Below are positions 31,491 through 41,443 of a stretch of DNA of 64,000 nt, one piece after another (position 1 is the stretch's first letter; every line of letters starts with the position of its first letter). The notes beneath the pieces were generated by a model. It was not told where the DNA came from and ran no database searches. It was given only the letters and a program-made list of their open reading frames with translations. Source of the DNA: an uncultured Bacteroidia bacterium (GTDB lineage Bacteria > Bacteroidota > Bacteroidia > NS11-12g > UBA955). The stretch spans positions 15,908 to 79,907 of the forward strand of contig CALSSY010000018.1 of the NCBI GenBank assembly GCA_943789135.1. The letters run 5' to 3'. A program made the position numbers and the translations under genes.

Positions 31491-32817
31491 GAGAGTATTA
31501 TTTATTGTCTTTTTGGGTGGAGTTGCTATATCTGGCTTTGCTTCTGATACCAGTGTTATAGTTCCCCAAAATATATTTAAGCCAACGGATGTAGTTACCC
31601 AGGTGAAAACATTCCGCCCTGTTGTGAATTTTTGGGCGGTTTCTGGTTCCAATGCTGTGCCTTTATCCATGGCATCAAAATTCATCACAGGCGGCTATAT
31701 CAGTCCAAATCAAATGCAAGACTATGAATCCAAGCTGTCTGAAACAAACAGAATGGGTTTTATGCAGGATTTATCCGTCTTGGTTTATCCAATTGCTGGG
31801 TTGACCAATCCAGTTGAGGGAATTGCATTGCAACAAATCAGCCTTGGTACCTTAAGCCTAGGTGGCCTCACTTTCACAAAGGATGCCTTCGGGATTTTTT
31901 TCAGAGGGAATACGCCCTATTTGGGAGAAAGGAAGGAGTTGGGTTCTAATAACTATCTGCAACTTAGGCAACGGTATGTAGAATTTGATTTTAAACTTCC
32001 TTTAAAAGTGGGAAATTGGAAGTTTTCAAGTACCGTTAAACTTTCTCAAGTTTTGGATTACCAAAAGGCACAAACCAATGCGTTATTTATGGAAACGGAT
32101 GTCAAAGCCGATTCTATTGTGCTAGGAGGAAATTTTTATTCCCAACAAACAGGATACGACTTTTGGGGAACGGGTGTCGGTCTTCAAGCGGGTATTTCAG
32201 CATATAAACCGGTAAATCGTGGCTATTTAACAGTAAATATTTCCGATTTAGGTGTTTTGTCCGTTAATGGAATTCAACGCCAATCAAGGGGTTATGAATG
32301 GACGGAAAACAGTTTGAACGCCTCAGGTGAACTCGAGCTTGCCGATGTAAATATTCAATCAGTAGGACTTACCGGAACGGATATCAAAGTAAGCAATTGG
32401 TTCGACCGTCAACGAGATACGGTTGAAGCTAGATTGAACATTGTTGAAGGGGAGCAAAGAGGAACGGTTTTTGCACCATTTGTAGCCAGTTTGAACTACG
32501 GTAAATATTACCTGGGTTCTAAAATTCGAGGGTTTAGAATGGGTATTCAATACATCCATATGGTTGGTTTTATACCGCGAATTAGCGGTGATGTGAGGTG
32601 GAGTCCTGGTGGTAATATTAATCTGACACACGGAGTTTCCATTGGTGGATTTGATAATTTTGACATAAACAGTTCTGTGAGTTTTTACGCAGGAAGTATC
32701 AACAACGATAAGATTATGTGGGATATCTACCTACGGGGTATTGAATCCTTCATAGTTCCTTCAGAATTCCATGGAGGTGGTATAGGGGTACAGGTTTATT
32801 TCCCTTTTGGAAATTAA
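31465..32817 (+). CDS. Hypothetical exported, beta-barrel-like outer-membrane protein
   Basis: 450 aa with a signal peptide (…AISGFASD) and a Gly/aromatic-rich C-terminus (GGGIGVQVYFPFGN). It overlaps the upstream lipoprotein gene by 26 nt. Confidence 0.5.
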   Translation: MNMKCVMIKRVLFIVFLGGVAISGFASDTSVIVPQNIFKPTDVVTQVKTFRPVVNFWAVSGSNAVPLSMASKFITGGYISPNQMQDYESKLSETNRMGFMQDLSVLVYPIAGLTNPVEGIALQQISLGTLSLGGLTFTKDAFGIFFRGNTPYLGERKELGSNNYLQLRQRYVEFDFKLPLKVGNWKFSSTVKLSQVLDYQKAQTNALFMETDVKADSIVLGGNFYSQQTGYDFWGTGVGLQAGISAYKPVNRGYLTVNISDLGVLSVNGIQRQSRGYEWTENSLNASGELELADVNIQSVGLTGTDIKVSNWFDRQRDTVEARLNIVEGEQRGTVFAPFVASLNYGKYYLGSKIRGFRMGIQYIHMVGFIPRISGDVRWSPGGNINLTHGVSIGGFDNFDINSSVSFYAGSINNDKIMWDIYLRGIESFIVPSEFHGGGIGVQVYFPFGN

Positions 32818-34355
32818 AAATTGAACCTATCTTTTCGGAGTTTGAAAATCCATATTTCACCTGTTTGAAACACAGGTTCTTTTTCAATTAAAGAATGTAT
32901 ATAATGCTCTTCTGGTATTTCAAAGTATTGGTTGATAATGATGTAGTTTTTTGCCAATGACTTTTCATCAATTTTAGATTGAATAATACCCACACTTAGA
33001 ATCTCTTCAAAATCTGGAGCCAATCGAATGCCCTGTCGGCCTAAATAATACAATAAAGTGTTCGGGCTGGGATCGAAAGCTACTATCAGTTCACCGGCGC
33101 CCATTTCCCGATTGATGAACGCTCGCGTAACCTCCATGTCTTCAATATTAGGAAGAACATTTTGGCAGAAGTAATTCCCTTTTGTATAGGTTGCCATAAC
33201 TTGTTTTTTGGTATGGCGGGCATTTAATACAGGCGAAATAAACAATCCAACCAAAGTGATTATTCCCACAACCCCACTAAAAATTGCACGTTGTTCCAAA
33301 TGCTGTTTGTAGATGTACAACATCATAAAAAATAAGAAAGGAATGGCCGATACAAAATAATAGTCGTGGTAACGGAATTGGCGATTGAATAATATAAATA
33401 TGGAGAGAAATCCCAAAAATAAGCCGATAGAAATCCATGCCAAGAGATCAAGATTTTTAATCTGCCGTTGAATGGTAAAACCCCAAACTAGAAGCAGCAA
33501 AATGATGAATTGTCTGGGGTAAACACCATCAATCCAGGTATTCAATGCATATCGCGAGTTCTCCATGAATTCAGAAATACTTTCTGGCGGATTTATCTTT
33601 TGCAAAAAGTGCAAATTATAGCTTATGTCGGTTAAGAATCGCGCATATCCATACCAAATGGGAACGATTAAAACGGGTATGAGTAAAAATACTAAAAAGC
33701 GCTTTTTTTGAGGGAATTCGGCCATTTTTAAGCGTTTTTGCATCAAAATGAGGCCAAAAAGTGCAATTATGGGTATCAAATAGGTGATTTTGATAAGTGC
33801 CGCTAAGGTGCTGAATACCGCAAATCCTAACATTGATTTACGCGGTTCAATGCCATAGTAATATCGGAAAAATTGAAACCATGCCAACAAGGAAAGTGAC
33901 AATGCTGGAACTTCCGGGAGAAAGTTATTGCTGTAGAAAATTAGTATAGGTGATGATACCCATAGGGTATGAAGCAAAATGCGATGTGTTAGTTTGGTAA
34001 CAAAAAATCCAGCAATTCTCCATGCCGCAAATTGACCGGCAAGGAACAGTAGCGCTTCTATCAAACGATAGAATAAATTACTGAATCCAAAAACTTTATA
34101 CAACAAGGCAGAAGCATATGCCACGATAGGAAATTCCATACCTGTGATACCATGCATATTGCGGTTTTCCATTACACGGGGTTGGAAGAAATTCATGGAT
34201 TCGGTTGCATAATTAAACGCTACGCTAGCTCTATCGGCTTGAGCACCTTGATGCATGCCGAAGGGCCCGTGTTCGATATAGGGCAACAATCCAAAATACA
34301 GGAATAAGCAAACAGCCAAACCAAAGAAAATGAGATTTTCTTTACGCTTCGTCAT
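32814..34355 (-). CDS. Polytopic GT-C-type (ArnT/PMT-like) glycosyltransferase-like membrane protein
   Basis: 513 aa with more than 10 TM helices and a soluble C-terminal domain. It overlaps the upstream GT2 gene by 14 nt. Confidence 0.5.
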   Translation of the reverse strand: MTKRKENLIFFGLAVCLFLYFGLLPYIEHGPFGMHQGAQADRASVAFNYATESMNFFQPRVMENRNMHGITGMEFPIVAYASALLYKVFGFSNLFYRLIEALLFLAGQFAAWRIAGFFVTKLTHRILLHTLWVSSPILIFYSNNFLPEVPALSLSLLAWFQFFRYYYGIEPRKSMLGFAVFSTLAALIKITYLIPIIALFGLILMQKRLKMAEFPQKKRFLVFLLIPVLIVPIWYGYARFLTDISYNLHFLQKINPPESISEFMENSRYALNTWIDGVYPRQFIILLLLVWGFTIQRQIKNLDLLAWISIGLFLGFLSIFILFNRQFRYHDYYFVSAIPFLFFMMLYIYKQHLEQRAIFSGVVGIITLVGLFISPVLNARHTKKQVMATYTKGNYFCQNVLPNIEDMEVTRAFINREMGAGELIVAFDPSPNTLLYYLGRQGIRLAPDFEEILSVGIIQSKIDEKSLAKNYIIINQYFEIPEEHYIHSLIEKEPVFQTGEIWIFKLRKDRFNF

Positions 34356-35286
34356 TAAGATTTGTATTTCGTATAATATAATGCGGACGATTTTTTACGT
34401 TATCGCTTACCCTACCTAAGTATTCCCCTAAAACACCAATTCCGATTAGTTGAATTCCCCCAAGAAATAAAATGCTTATTTGCATTGAAGTCCATCCGCG
34501 TTCGGTATAACCAAAGAATTTTTGATACAAGGAGTATACAATTAATAAGAATGAAACTCCTGAAACTATAAACCCTGTAATTGTAGCGACTTTAAGCGGC
34601 CAAGTGGAGAAACTACTAATACCGTCTAAGGCGAATCGCATCATTTTTTTGTATGTAAATTTGGTTTCACCGTGCATGCGTTCATCGCGATCGTATTCGA
34701 TGAAAGTTTGGTTGAATCCAATCCATGAAATTTGTCCACGTATGTACTTGTGTTGCTCGGGCATTTGAACAAGTATATCTCGAATTTTACGATGGATGAT
34801 TCTGAAATCACCGGTATCAACTGGGATTTCAATTTGGGTGATTCGAGCGAGGATGCGGTAAAATAATTTCGCAGTGAATTTTTTCATGAAATTTTCACCC
34901 TTGCGCTTTCGACGTTTGGCGTAAACTACCTCGAATCCATTTGTTGCTTTCTCATACAATTCGGGAATGCATTCTGGAGGGTCTTGGCCGTCTCCATCCA
35001 TTACGACGATATAAGTGCCATTTGCTCTTTCTATGCCGGCAAATATGGCCAATTGGTGCCCGAAATTCCTTGAAAAATCAATGTATTTTACCCATTTATG
35101 TTCTTGGGCAATCATGAAAACTTTGGCTAGGGTGTGGTCCTTGCTACCGTCATTCACGAAGATGACCTCACTATTAATGCTCATGCCGCTTAAAACCGCA
35201 TGAATTCGGTTGAATAGCGCATTTACATTGCCTTCCTCATTGAAAAGAGGAACCACTACCGATAGTTGGATGTTTTTGTCCGACAC
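34342..35286 (-). CDS. GT2 polyprenyl-phosphate glycosyltransferase (ArnC/DPM1-like)
   Basis: 314 aa. Motifs VVVPLFNEEGN, VNDGSKD and DGDGQDPP, plus two C-terminal TM helices. Confidence 0.85.
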   Translation of the reverse strand: MSDKNIQLSVVVPLFNEEGNVNALFNRIHAVLSGMSINSEVIFVNDGSKDHTLAKVFMIAQEHKWVKYIDFSRNFGHQLAIFAGIERANGTYIVVMDGDGQDPPECIPELYEKATNGFEVVYAKRRKRKGENFMKKFTAKLFYRILARITQIEIPVDTGDFRIIHRKIRDILVQMPEQHKYIRGQISWIGFNQTFIEYDRDERMHGETKFTYKKMMRFALDGISSFSTWPLKVATITGFIVSGVSFLLIVYSLYQKFFGYTERGWTSMQISILFLGGIQLIGIGVLGEYLGRVSDNVKNRPHYIIRNTNLNDEA

Positions 35287-35327
35287 ACGACAAAGGTATT
35301 TAATTTTGGATTAAGTAGATTTGCATA

Positions 35328-35777
35328 ATGAAACGCAGTTTTTTTAACTTCAAACCTACCATGTTGGGATTGGTGCTTGGAACCGCTTTGATGTTCGGAG
35401 CGTGTAACAATACGACAAACGAGTCGGGAAGCGATACTACGGCAACAGAAACTACCGATGGAATGATCAGCGAAACAACGCCAGTGAAATCAATGGTGGA
35501 ATACTTCGATGAGTCGATTGCGGAAAGCAAACTTACTGTGGTTGATTTTTATACCGACTGGTGTGGTCCCTGCAAACGGATGGATCCGTTTATTAAAGAA
35601 GTAAAGGCAGAGAACAGCGACATCAACGTATTGCAAGTAAATGCGGAAGATTATATAGATATTTCGCAGCGTTACAATTTAGAAGGTTACCCAACGCTTA
35701 TATTCTTTAAAGACGGCCAAATTGTTGATCGTGCTTTGGGGGTATATGGACAAAGAGGGTATCATGAAACTTTGTAA
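35328..35777 (+). CDS. Thioredoxin-fold lipoprotein (the 3' end may be frame-shifted)
   Basis: Lipobox (LMFGAC) and the WCGPCK active site. After a G5 run near 35745 an alternative frame reads …YMDKEGIMKLCKSLK…, which may be the native C-terminus. Confidence 0.75.
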   Translation: MKRSFFNFKPTMLGLVLGTALMFGACNNTTNESGSDTTATETTDGMISETTPVKSMVEYFDESIAESKLTVVDFYTDWCGPCKRMDPFIKEVKAENSDINVLQVNAEDYIDISQRYNLEGYPTLIFFKDGQIVDRALGVYGQRGYHETL

Positions 35778-35802
35778 ATCGCTTAAAATAGTGCGATATT
35801 GT

Positions 35803-35826
35803 GGTTAACTTTTGGAAAAGTTAACC
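35803..35826 (+). terminator. Perfect 11-bp hairpin downstream of the thioredoxin gene
   Basis: GGTTAACTTTT-GG-AAAAGTTAACC. A T-run (GGTTTTT) follows only after a 6 nt gap. Confidence 0.45.
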
Positions 35827-35870
35827 TTAGCGGTTTTTAATAAAACCCATTGGATTTGTAAATTTGGCTT

Positions 35871-37350
35871 ATGCGGTTTTTCCCTTCAGACTACGACGAT
35901 GACGACTTTGATGAGTCGTTTGATGGCTTCCAAGGCGATGTTGATGCCTTAGCCAGCGATTTTGAAACGAAAAAGCGCGAGCAATTTTCGGCAAGAGAAT
36001 TAATAGAACTTTTCCGTTACTATACCAATCCCAATGGTAAGGGTAACCCTTTTCAATTGGATCATTATGCAAAATCGGTTATCGAATTAGGCAATCCAAA
36101 ACCCTTTCCTTATATCCCCGTTTTTACCCTTCATATGGTGGAATGGTTGATGCACGAGAACAAATATAAAAAAGCCCATAAATACATCGATCAAGCCCTA
36201 AGTTACAATCCGATGGATCCTACATTGGTATTGATGCGCGGAATTCTTTTTGGACATGAAGGCGCTCGAAAACTGGCTTTTTGATTTTGTGCATCAAGCT
36301 TTGGATATGGCCGGAGATGATGAAGCCCCTGTACGAAGACTTTTTGGACATGATTTTGCATTACGAGCAGTACGATTTGGCTGAGCCCATTTCGCAAAAA
36401 GGCACTGGAGTACGATGCTGAAATCATTCCTGTCTTAGAAAAATACATCAATAGAACCGAAGAAGATCATATTATTCGGATGCTCATCCCTGCTGTTCAA
36501 GCGCAAATCGATAAAGATCCTTACATGGCTGAGGCCTGGTATCTTTTAGGTTTAGCCTATCACGGGGGTAGATGAATTTGATGAGGCCATAAAAGGCATT
36601 CGATTTTTGCGGTCACAATCAACGATAATTTTGCAGATGCTTGGATTGGATTGGTGGAGTCTAAGTACGAGAATGAGAGTTTATGATCAAGTTGTTACCC
36701 ATTATGAGGAGCTTCTAAAGAAGTTTCCTCAGAAATCTTTAGAAGCCATTGATGGATTGTACGCTTGGAGTTTGCACGAGATAGGGCATTCTCCTAAAGC
36801 CCGTGAGGTATACAAAACCATACTTAAACGTTTTCCTCAAGATGCAGAATGTTGGTATAGTCTGGGGGCTTACCTACCATCACGAAGAGCAATATCAAGT
36901 GGCGCTTCCATATTTAGAAAAAGCCTATCAACTTGATCCATCTGAATCGGATTATGGTGTGGTTTTGGCCAGTGCTTATTTCGGCACCAATCAAACTGAT
37001 AAATGGAAAAGACTTTACGAAGATTTAAGTGAGGCATTTCCTTTTGAGCCAGAATTGTGGTTGGATTGGGGTGTGGCTTTGCACGAAAGCGGTGAGTCTG
37101 GAGAAGCTTTAGATATTACCGAGTCAGGTCTTGAGAACAACCCCGCAAAGTATTCAACTGTTATATCGTTTGGCAGCTTTGTTTTATATAACGGGGAATA
37201 AGGATATGGGCTTGATGGTGCTAGAAAAAAGCTTTAGAATTTGACGCTTCTGAATACATGGGTATGTTCTCTTTTGCCCCCGAACTTAAAAACTCGGTAA
37301 AAATCTTAACTCTTATTGGAAAATTCACGGCAAGGAAATTTAATAGATGA
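35871..37350 (+). pseudogene. TPR-repeat protein, reading frame broken several times
   Basis: Pieces 35871..36284, about 36280-36600, 36607..36936, 36803..37201 and about 37200-37350 lie in different frames and all carry TPR-like repeats. The last piece ends in an ATGA overlap with comA. Confidence 0.55.
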
Positions 37351-38093
37351 GCGAAACGTATTTTGGATTGAAAAATCTGCCTGAACGCAGTGTAAAGCCT
37401 CGTAACAGTGGCTTGAGTATGGTAATGGATAAGGGATTGGCTCTGCGTGAAGTAGAAGATTTTTTAGAGGTGGCTGAGCCTTATACCGATATAGTTAAAT
37501 TGGGATTTGGCACAGGTATTCTCACGCCTAAACTCGAAGAAAAGTTGAGTTTGTACAAACAAGCAGGTATTCCGGTCTATTTTGGAGGAACCTTGTTTGA
37601 GGCATTTCTAATCAGAAATCAAATCGATGATTACCGCCGTTTGCTAGAGAAAACCGGAGTTAATCATGTTGAAATAAGCGACGGTTCACTGGCAATTACC
37701 TCACGATGAAAAATGCGAAACTAATTGCAAAATTTGCAAAAGATTATACCGTTTTAAGTGAAGTCGGATCTAAGGATGCCGACAAAATCATTCCACCTTA
37801 CGAATGGATCGAGCAAATGGAAACCGAATTGGCAGCAGGTGCTTGGAAAGTTATCGGAGAAGCACGCGAATCTGGAACCGTAGGGATTTTTTAGGAATTC
37901 CGGTGAGGTGCGTTCAGGGTTGGTGGCTGAAATTATTCGTAAAATCCCCATTCAAGATGTTATTTGGGAAGCGCCCCAAAAAACGCAACAAGTTTGGTTC
38001 ATGCAGCTGTATGGTAGCAATGTAAATTTAGGAAATATTGCACCCCATGAAGTAATTCCATTGGAGACACTGCGTCTCGGATTAAGAGGGTGA
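37347..38093 (+). pseudogene. comA: (2R)-phospho-3-sulfolactate synthase (ComA family), two frame breaks
   Basis: Blocks KPRNSGLSMVMDKGL, VKLGFGT, YFGGTLFE, EISDGS, SEVGSKD, EARESGT, IWEAPQK and NVNLGNI…ETLRLGLRG are spread over ORFs 37347..37709, 37706..37894 and 37908..38093. Confidence 0.75.
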
Positions 38094-38125
38094 TAGTTTT
38101 CCATTTCTTCTTGTAATTTTTGAAA

Positions 38126-38830
38126 ATGAGATTTCCATTAATTATTGCTTTAATAGCCTTATTTATTAATTCTTGCGGTCACAATCAAATTAAAGAATCT
38201 CCTGCGATTCAGTCAATTACTGATTCAAGGAAAATATGGGTTCTAAAGATACCTTGAAAATTGAATTTTCAGATATGGATGTGTATGTAGTGGGACTTTC
38301 GATTTTAAGTGATGGTGTTATTGGAATGACTCATGTGAAAAAGTACAAAAGATACATTTTCAAAAGAATTAGATATGGAAACAAATCTTGAAAATGCCCA
38401 TTTTTTTGTTACAAAAAAGAACGTATTAGACCCTATTCCTGTTGAAATTCAAGAGGCCCGTACCCATGTTATGACTTTGCAAAACGAAGGGCCTCATCTT
38501 GATTTGTACGATTGGAATCCATTTTATACCCAGTACCAAGCATCCGAACCCATAGGAAATCATAGGTTTCATGCTTTACCGGTTGATTACGATAATTTGG
38601 AATTCAAGGATATTGATTACCCCAATTTGATTGCCTATGTCGACTCACTCGAGGGTGCCTCTGAATGGGCCGATTTGATTCGTAAATTGGATTCAGATAA
38701 ATTAGAAAGTTCGGAAGTGCATTATCCACTCTCTATTGGAGTTGGTTACCGATGGTTCAGAATTCAAGGCGAATTAAACGGTCAATCTTTTAAGAAGTGG
38801 ATTCAATTTATATTACCTCAGGGCTGTTAA
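38126..38830 (+). pseudogene. Hypothetical lipoprotein, two frame breaks
   Basis: MRFPLIIALIALFINSCGHN… (lipobox) stops at about 38254. It continues in a second frame (about 38237-38392) and then as ORF 38375..38830. Confidence 0.4.
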
Positions 38831-39237
38831 TCTTCTGCTTTCTCTTGACACAATTCCCATAAAACGCCACCTGTACTTTTTGGGTGTAAAAAAGCAATTT
38901 TCTTATTATCTGCCCCGTCTTTGGGAGTTTCATGAATCAGTTGGATGTTTTGGCTCTTTCTTTCGGCCAATTCGTTATTAATATCATCCGACTCGAAAGC
39001 GAGGTGATGGATCCCTTCACCGCGTTTCTCAATGAATTTTGCAATGGGGCTTTCTGTATTTGTGGCTGCCAATAGCTCAATTTTTATATCTCCAATTTGA
39101 AAAAAGGAGGTGATCACGCCTTCCGATTTGACCTCTTCTCTTTTGTAGGATTTTGTTTGTAATAGCTTCGAAAAAAGTGCTTCGGCTTGCTCTAAATCAT
39201 TTACAGCTATTCCAATATGTTCAAGTTTTTTAGGCAT
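38827..39237 (-). CDS. mce: Methylmalonyl-CoA epimerase (VOC/glyoxalase fold)
   Basis: 136 aa. Motifs LEHIGIAVNDLE, GEGIHHLAFE, FLHPKSTGGVLWEL. Confidence 0.8.
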   Translation of the reverse strand: MPKKLEHIGIAVNDLEQAEALFSKLLQTKSYKREEVKSEGVITSFFQIGDIKIELLAATNTESPIAKFIEKRGEGIHHLAFESDDINNELAERKSQNIQLIHETPKDGADNKKIAFLHPKSTGGVLWELCQEKAED

Positions 39238-39305
39238 AAATCGGTAATTTGATATATTTCGACTACAAATAACTACAAAATTGAATCATTGTGCTTCCCT
39301 TTTGT

Positions 39306-39313
39306 TAATTTTG
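39306..39313 (+). promoter_or_regulatory. -7 promoter box (TAATTTTG) upstream of iscS
   Basis: TAnnTTTG match about 60 nt upstream of the ATG at 39374. Confidence 0.25.
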
Positions 39314-39373
39314 TTGTTTAGAAAATGTCTAAATAACTAATTGTAGAAATCCACAAACACTAAAGTACGCTAT

Positions 39374-40588
39374 ATGATTCAAATACCCATTTATCTCGAC
39401 AACAATTCAACCACTAAATGCGATCCTCGTGTTTTCGAAGCTATGACTCCTTTTTTCTTGGAGGATTTTGGAAATGCAGCAAGTAAGAGCCATGCTTTTG
39501 GATGGAAAGCCGAAGAGGCAGTAGATTACGCTCGTGAGCAAATCGCAAAAATAATTGGGGCCAATTCTAAGGAAATCATCATTACAAGTGGTGCTACTGA
39601 AAGTAATAACCTAGCGCTTAAGGGTGTTTATGAAATGTATGCCGCTAAAGGCAATCACTTTATTACGGTTTCTACAGAGCATAAAGCGGTTTTAGATGCA
39701 TGTAAACATTTAGAAAAGTTAGGTGCGGAGGTTTCTTATTTACCAGTTGGTGAAGATGGATTAATTAAAGTTGAGCAGATCCAAGCCGCTATTAAGCCCA
39801 ATACGGTTTTGGTATCGGTGATGTATGCCAATAACGAATTGGGTGTGATTCAACCCATCCGTGAAATAGCAGCATTGTGTCGTGAGCATGGAGTTTTGTT
39901 TCATACAGATGCTACGCAAGCCGTAGGGAAAATCCCAGTGGATGTAATGGCGGATCAAATTGATTTGTTGAGTTTCACCGCACACAAGATGTACGGTCCG
40001 AAAGGAGTAGGAGCGTTGTATGTGCGTCGTAAAAATCCTCGTGTGAAGGTTACGGCCCAGATTGACGGTGGTGGACACGAACGTGGAATGCGCAGTGGAA
40101 CGCTTAATGTACCCGGTATTGTAGGTTTCGGAAAAGCCTGTGAAATTGCCATGCAAGAAATGGAATCTGAAGCTGCTCGCCTACGTGTTTTGCGCGATAA
40201 ATTAGAAAATGCGTTATTGGAAATGGAAGAGTCTTATTTAAACGGACATAAAGAGCACCGTCTGCCTCACACCACCAATATTTCATTCAAATATGTAGAA
40301 GGTGAAGGTTTGATGATGGGAATTAAAGATGTAGCTGTTTCCTCAGGGTCCGCTTGTACTTCAGCTTCATTAGAGCCAAGTTATGTGTTAAAGAACTTAG
40401 GTTTAGACGACGAATTGGCACATAGCAGTATTCGTTTCGGTTTAGGACGTTTTACAACTGAAGAGGAAATTGATTTCACTATCAAATGCGTTACCGACGC
40501 CGTAAACAAACTGCGCGATATGAGCCCTCTTTGGGAAATGTTTAAAGAAGGCATTGATTTGAAGTCAATCGAATGGTCTGAACATTAG
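39374..40588 (+). CDS. iscS: Cysteine desulfurase IscS/NifS type
   Basis: 404 aa. PLP-lysine region [16 protein letters not shown] and active-site loop [17 protein letters not shown]. Confidence 0.9.
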   Translation: MIQIPIYLDNNSTTKCDPRVFEAMTPFFLEDFGNAASKSHAFGWKAEEAVDYAREQIAKIIGANSKEIIITSGATESNNLALKGVYEMYAAKGNHFITVSTEHKAVLDACKHLEKLGAEVSYLPVGEDGLIKVEQIQAAIKPNTVLVSVMYANNELGVIQPIREIAALCREHGVLFHTDATQAVGKIPVDVMADQIDLLSFTAHKMYGPKGVGALYVRRKNPRVKVTAQIDGGGHERGMRSGTLNVPGIVGFGKACEIAMQEMESEAARLRVLRDKLENALLEMEESYLNGHKEHRLPHTTNISFKYVEGEGLMMGIKDVAVSSGSACTSASLEPSYVLKNLGLDDELAHSSIRFGLGRFTTEEEIDFTIKCVTDAVNKLRDMSPLWEMFKEGIDLKSIEWSEH

Positions 40589-40672
40589 GCTTTCGACAAA
40601 CGAATTGTAGTTTAGAAACATTTTAAATAACTTTGTTTTTATAAAAGAGTAAACTTAGAAATAACAAAAATT

Positions 40673-41086
40673 ATGGCATATTCAGAAAAAGTAATCGATC
40701 ATTATACCAATCCTAGAAACATTGGAACCCTAGACAAGGCAAGTGCTCAAGTTGGAACGGGTTTAGTAGGTGCTCCTGAGTGTGGTGATGTGATGCGTTT
40801 GCAAATACAAGTGAGCGACAGCGGTGTAATTGAAGATGCAAAATTCAAAACCTTTGGTTGTGGATCGGCTATCGCTTCCTCTTCATTAGCAACTGAATGG
40901 TTAAAGGGCAAAACAGTAGATCAAGCTTTGGCCATTGATAATATGGAAATAGTGGAAGAATTGGCTTTACCTCCAGTAAAAATTCACTGTTCTGTGTTAG
41001 CTGAAGATGCAATTAAAGCTGCAATCAACGATTACCGCGTAAAGAATGGTATGGAGCCTTTAGAGCTTGAGAAATCACACCATTAA
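40673..41086 (+). CDS. iscU: Fe-S cluster scaffold IscU
   Basis: 137 aa with the three conserved Cys contexts (GAPECGDVM, FGCGSAIASSS, IHCSVLAEDA). Confidence 0.9.
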   Translation: MAYSEKVIDHYTNPRNIGTLDKASAQVGTGLVGAPECGDVMRLQIQVSDSGVIEDAKFKTFGCGSAIASSSLATEWLKGKTVDQALAIDNMEIVEELALPPVKIHCSVLAEDAIKAAINDYRVKNGMEPLELEKSHH

Positions 41087-41095
41087 GATAAAAGA

Positions 41096-41443
41096 ATGTT
41101 AGCAGATCCGAACGCCATCAGTATTACCGATAAGGCACGTCAAAAGGTAAACGAACTTATGACAGATGCTGGAGTTTCTCCGAGCTCGCATTTTGTGCGT
41201 GTTGGGGTAAAAGGTGGTGGCTGTTCGGGTTTGTCTTATGAACTTGATTTTGATGATGCCTTGCAAACGGGCGATATGGAGTTCGGCGATGAATCGCTAA
41301 AAATTGTTTGCGATATGAAGAGTTTCTTGTATCTGTGTGGTACAGAACTCGATTTTTCCGATGGTCTAAACGGAAAGGGATTCAATTTCATCAATCCCAA
41401 TGCTGCACGTACGTGCGGATGCGGCGAAAGCTTTGCTATTTAA
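41096..41443 (+). CDS. iscA: A-type Fe-S carrier (IscA/HesB family)
   Basis: 115 aa. Motifs GGGCSGLSYEL and C-terminal CGCGESF. Confidence 0.85.
   Translation: MLADPNAISITDKARQKVNELMTDAGVSPSSHFVRVGVKGGGCSGLSYELDFDDALQTGDMEFGDESLKIVCDMKSFLYLCGTELDFSDGLNGKGFNFINPNAARTCGCGESFAI

Noticed and set aside
35859-35866. A TAAATTTG -7 box directly upstream of the TPR gene start at 35871.
   Set aside because: It lies only 4 nt before the annotated ATG, so the TSS would fall at or inside the start codon. Either the true start is downstream or the match is fortuitous in AT-rich sequence, so it is not reported as a feature.
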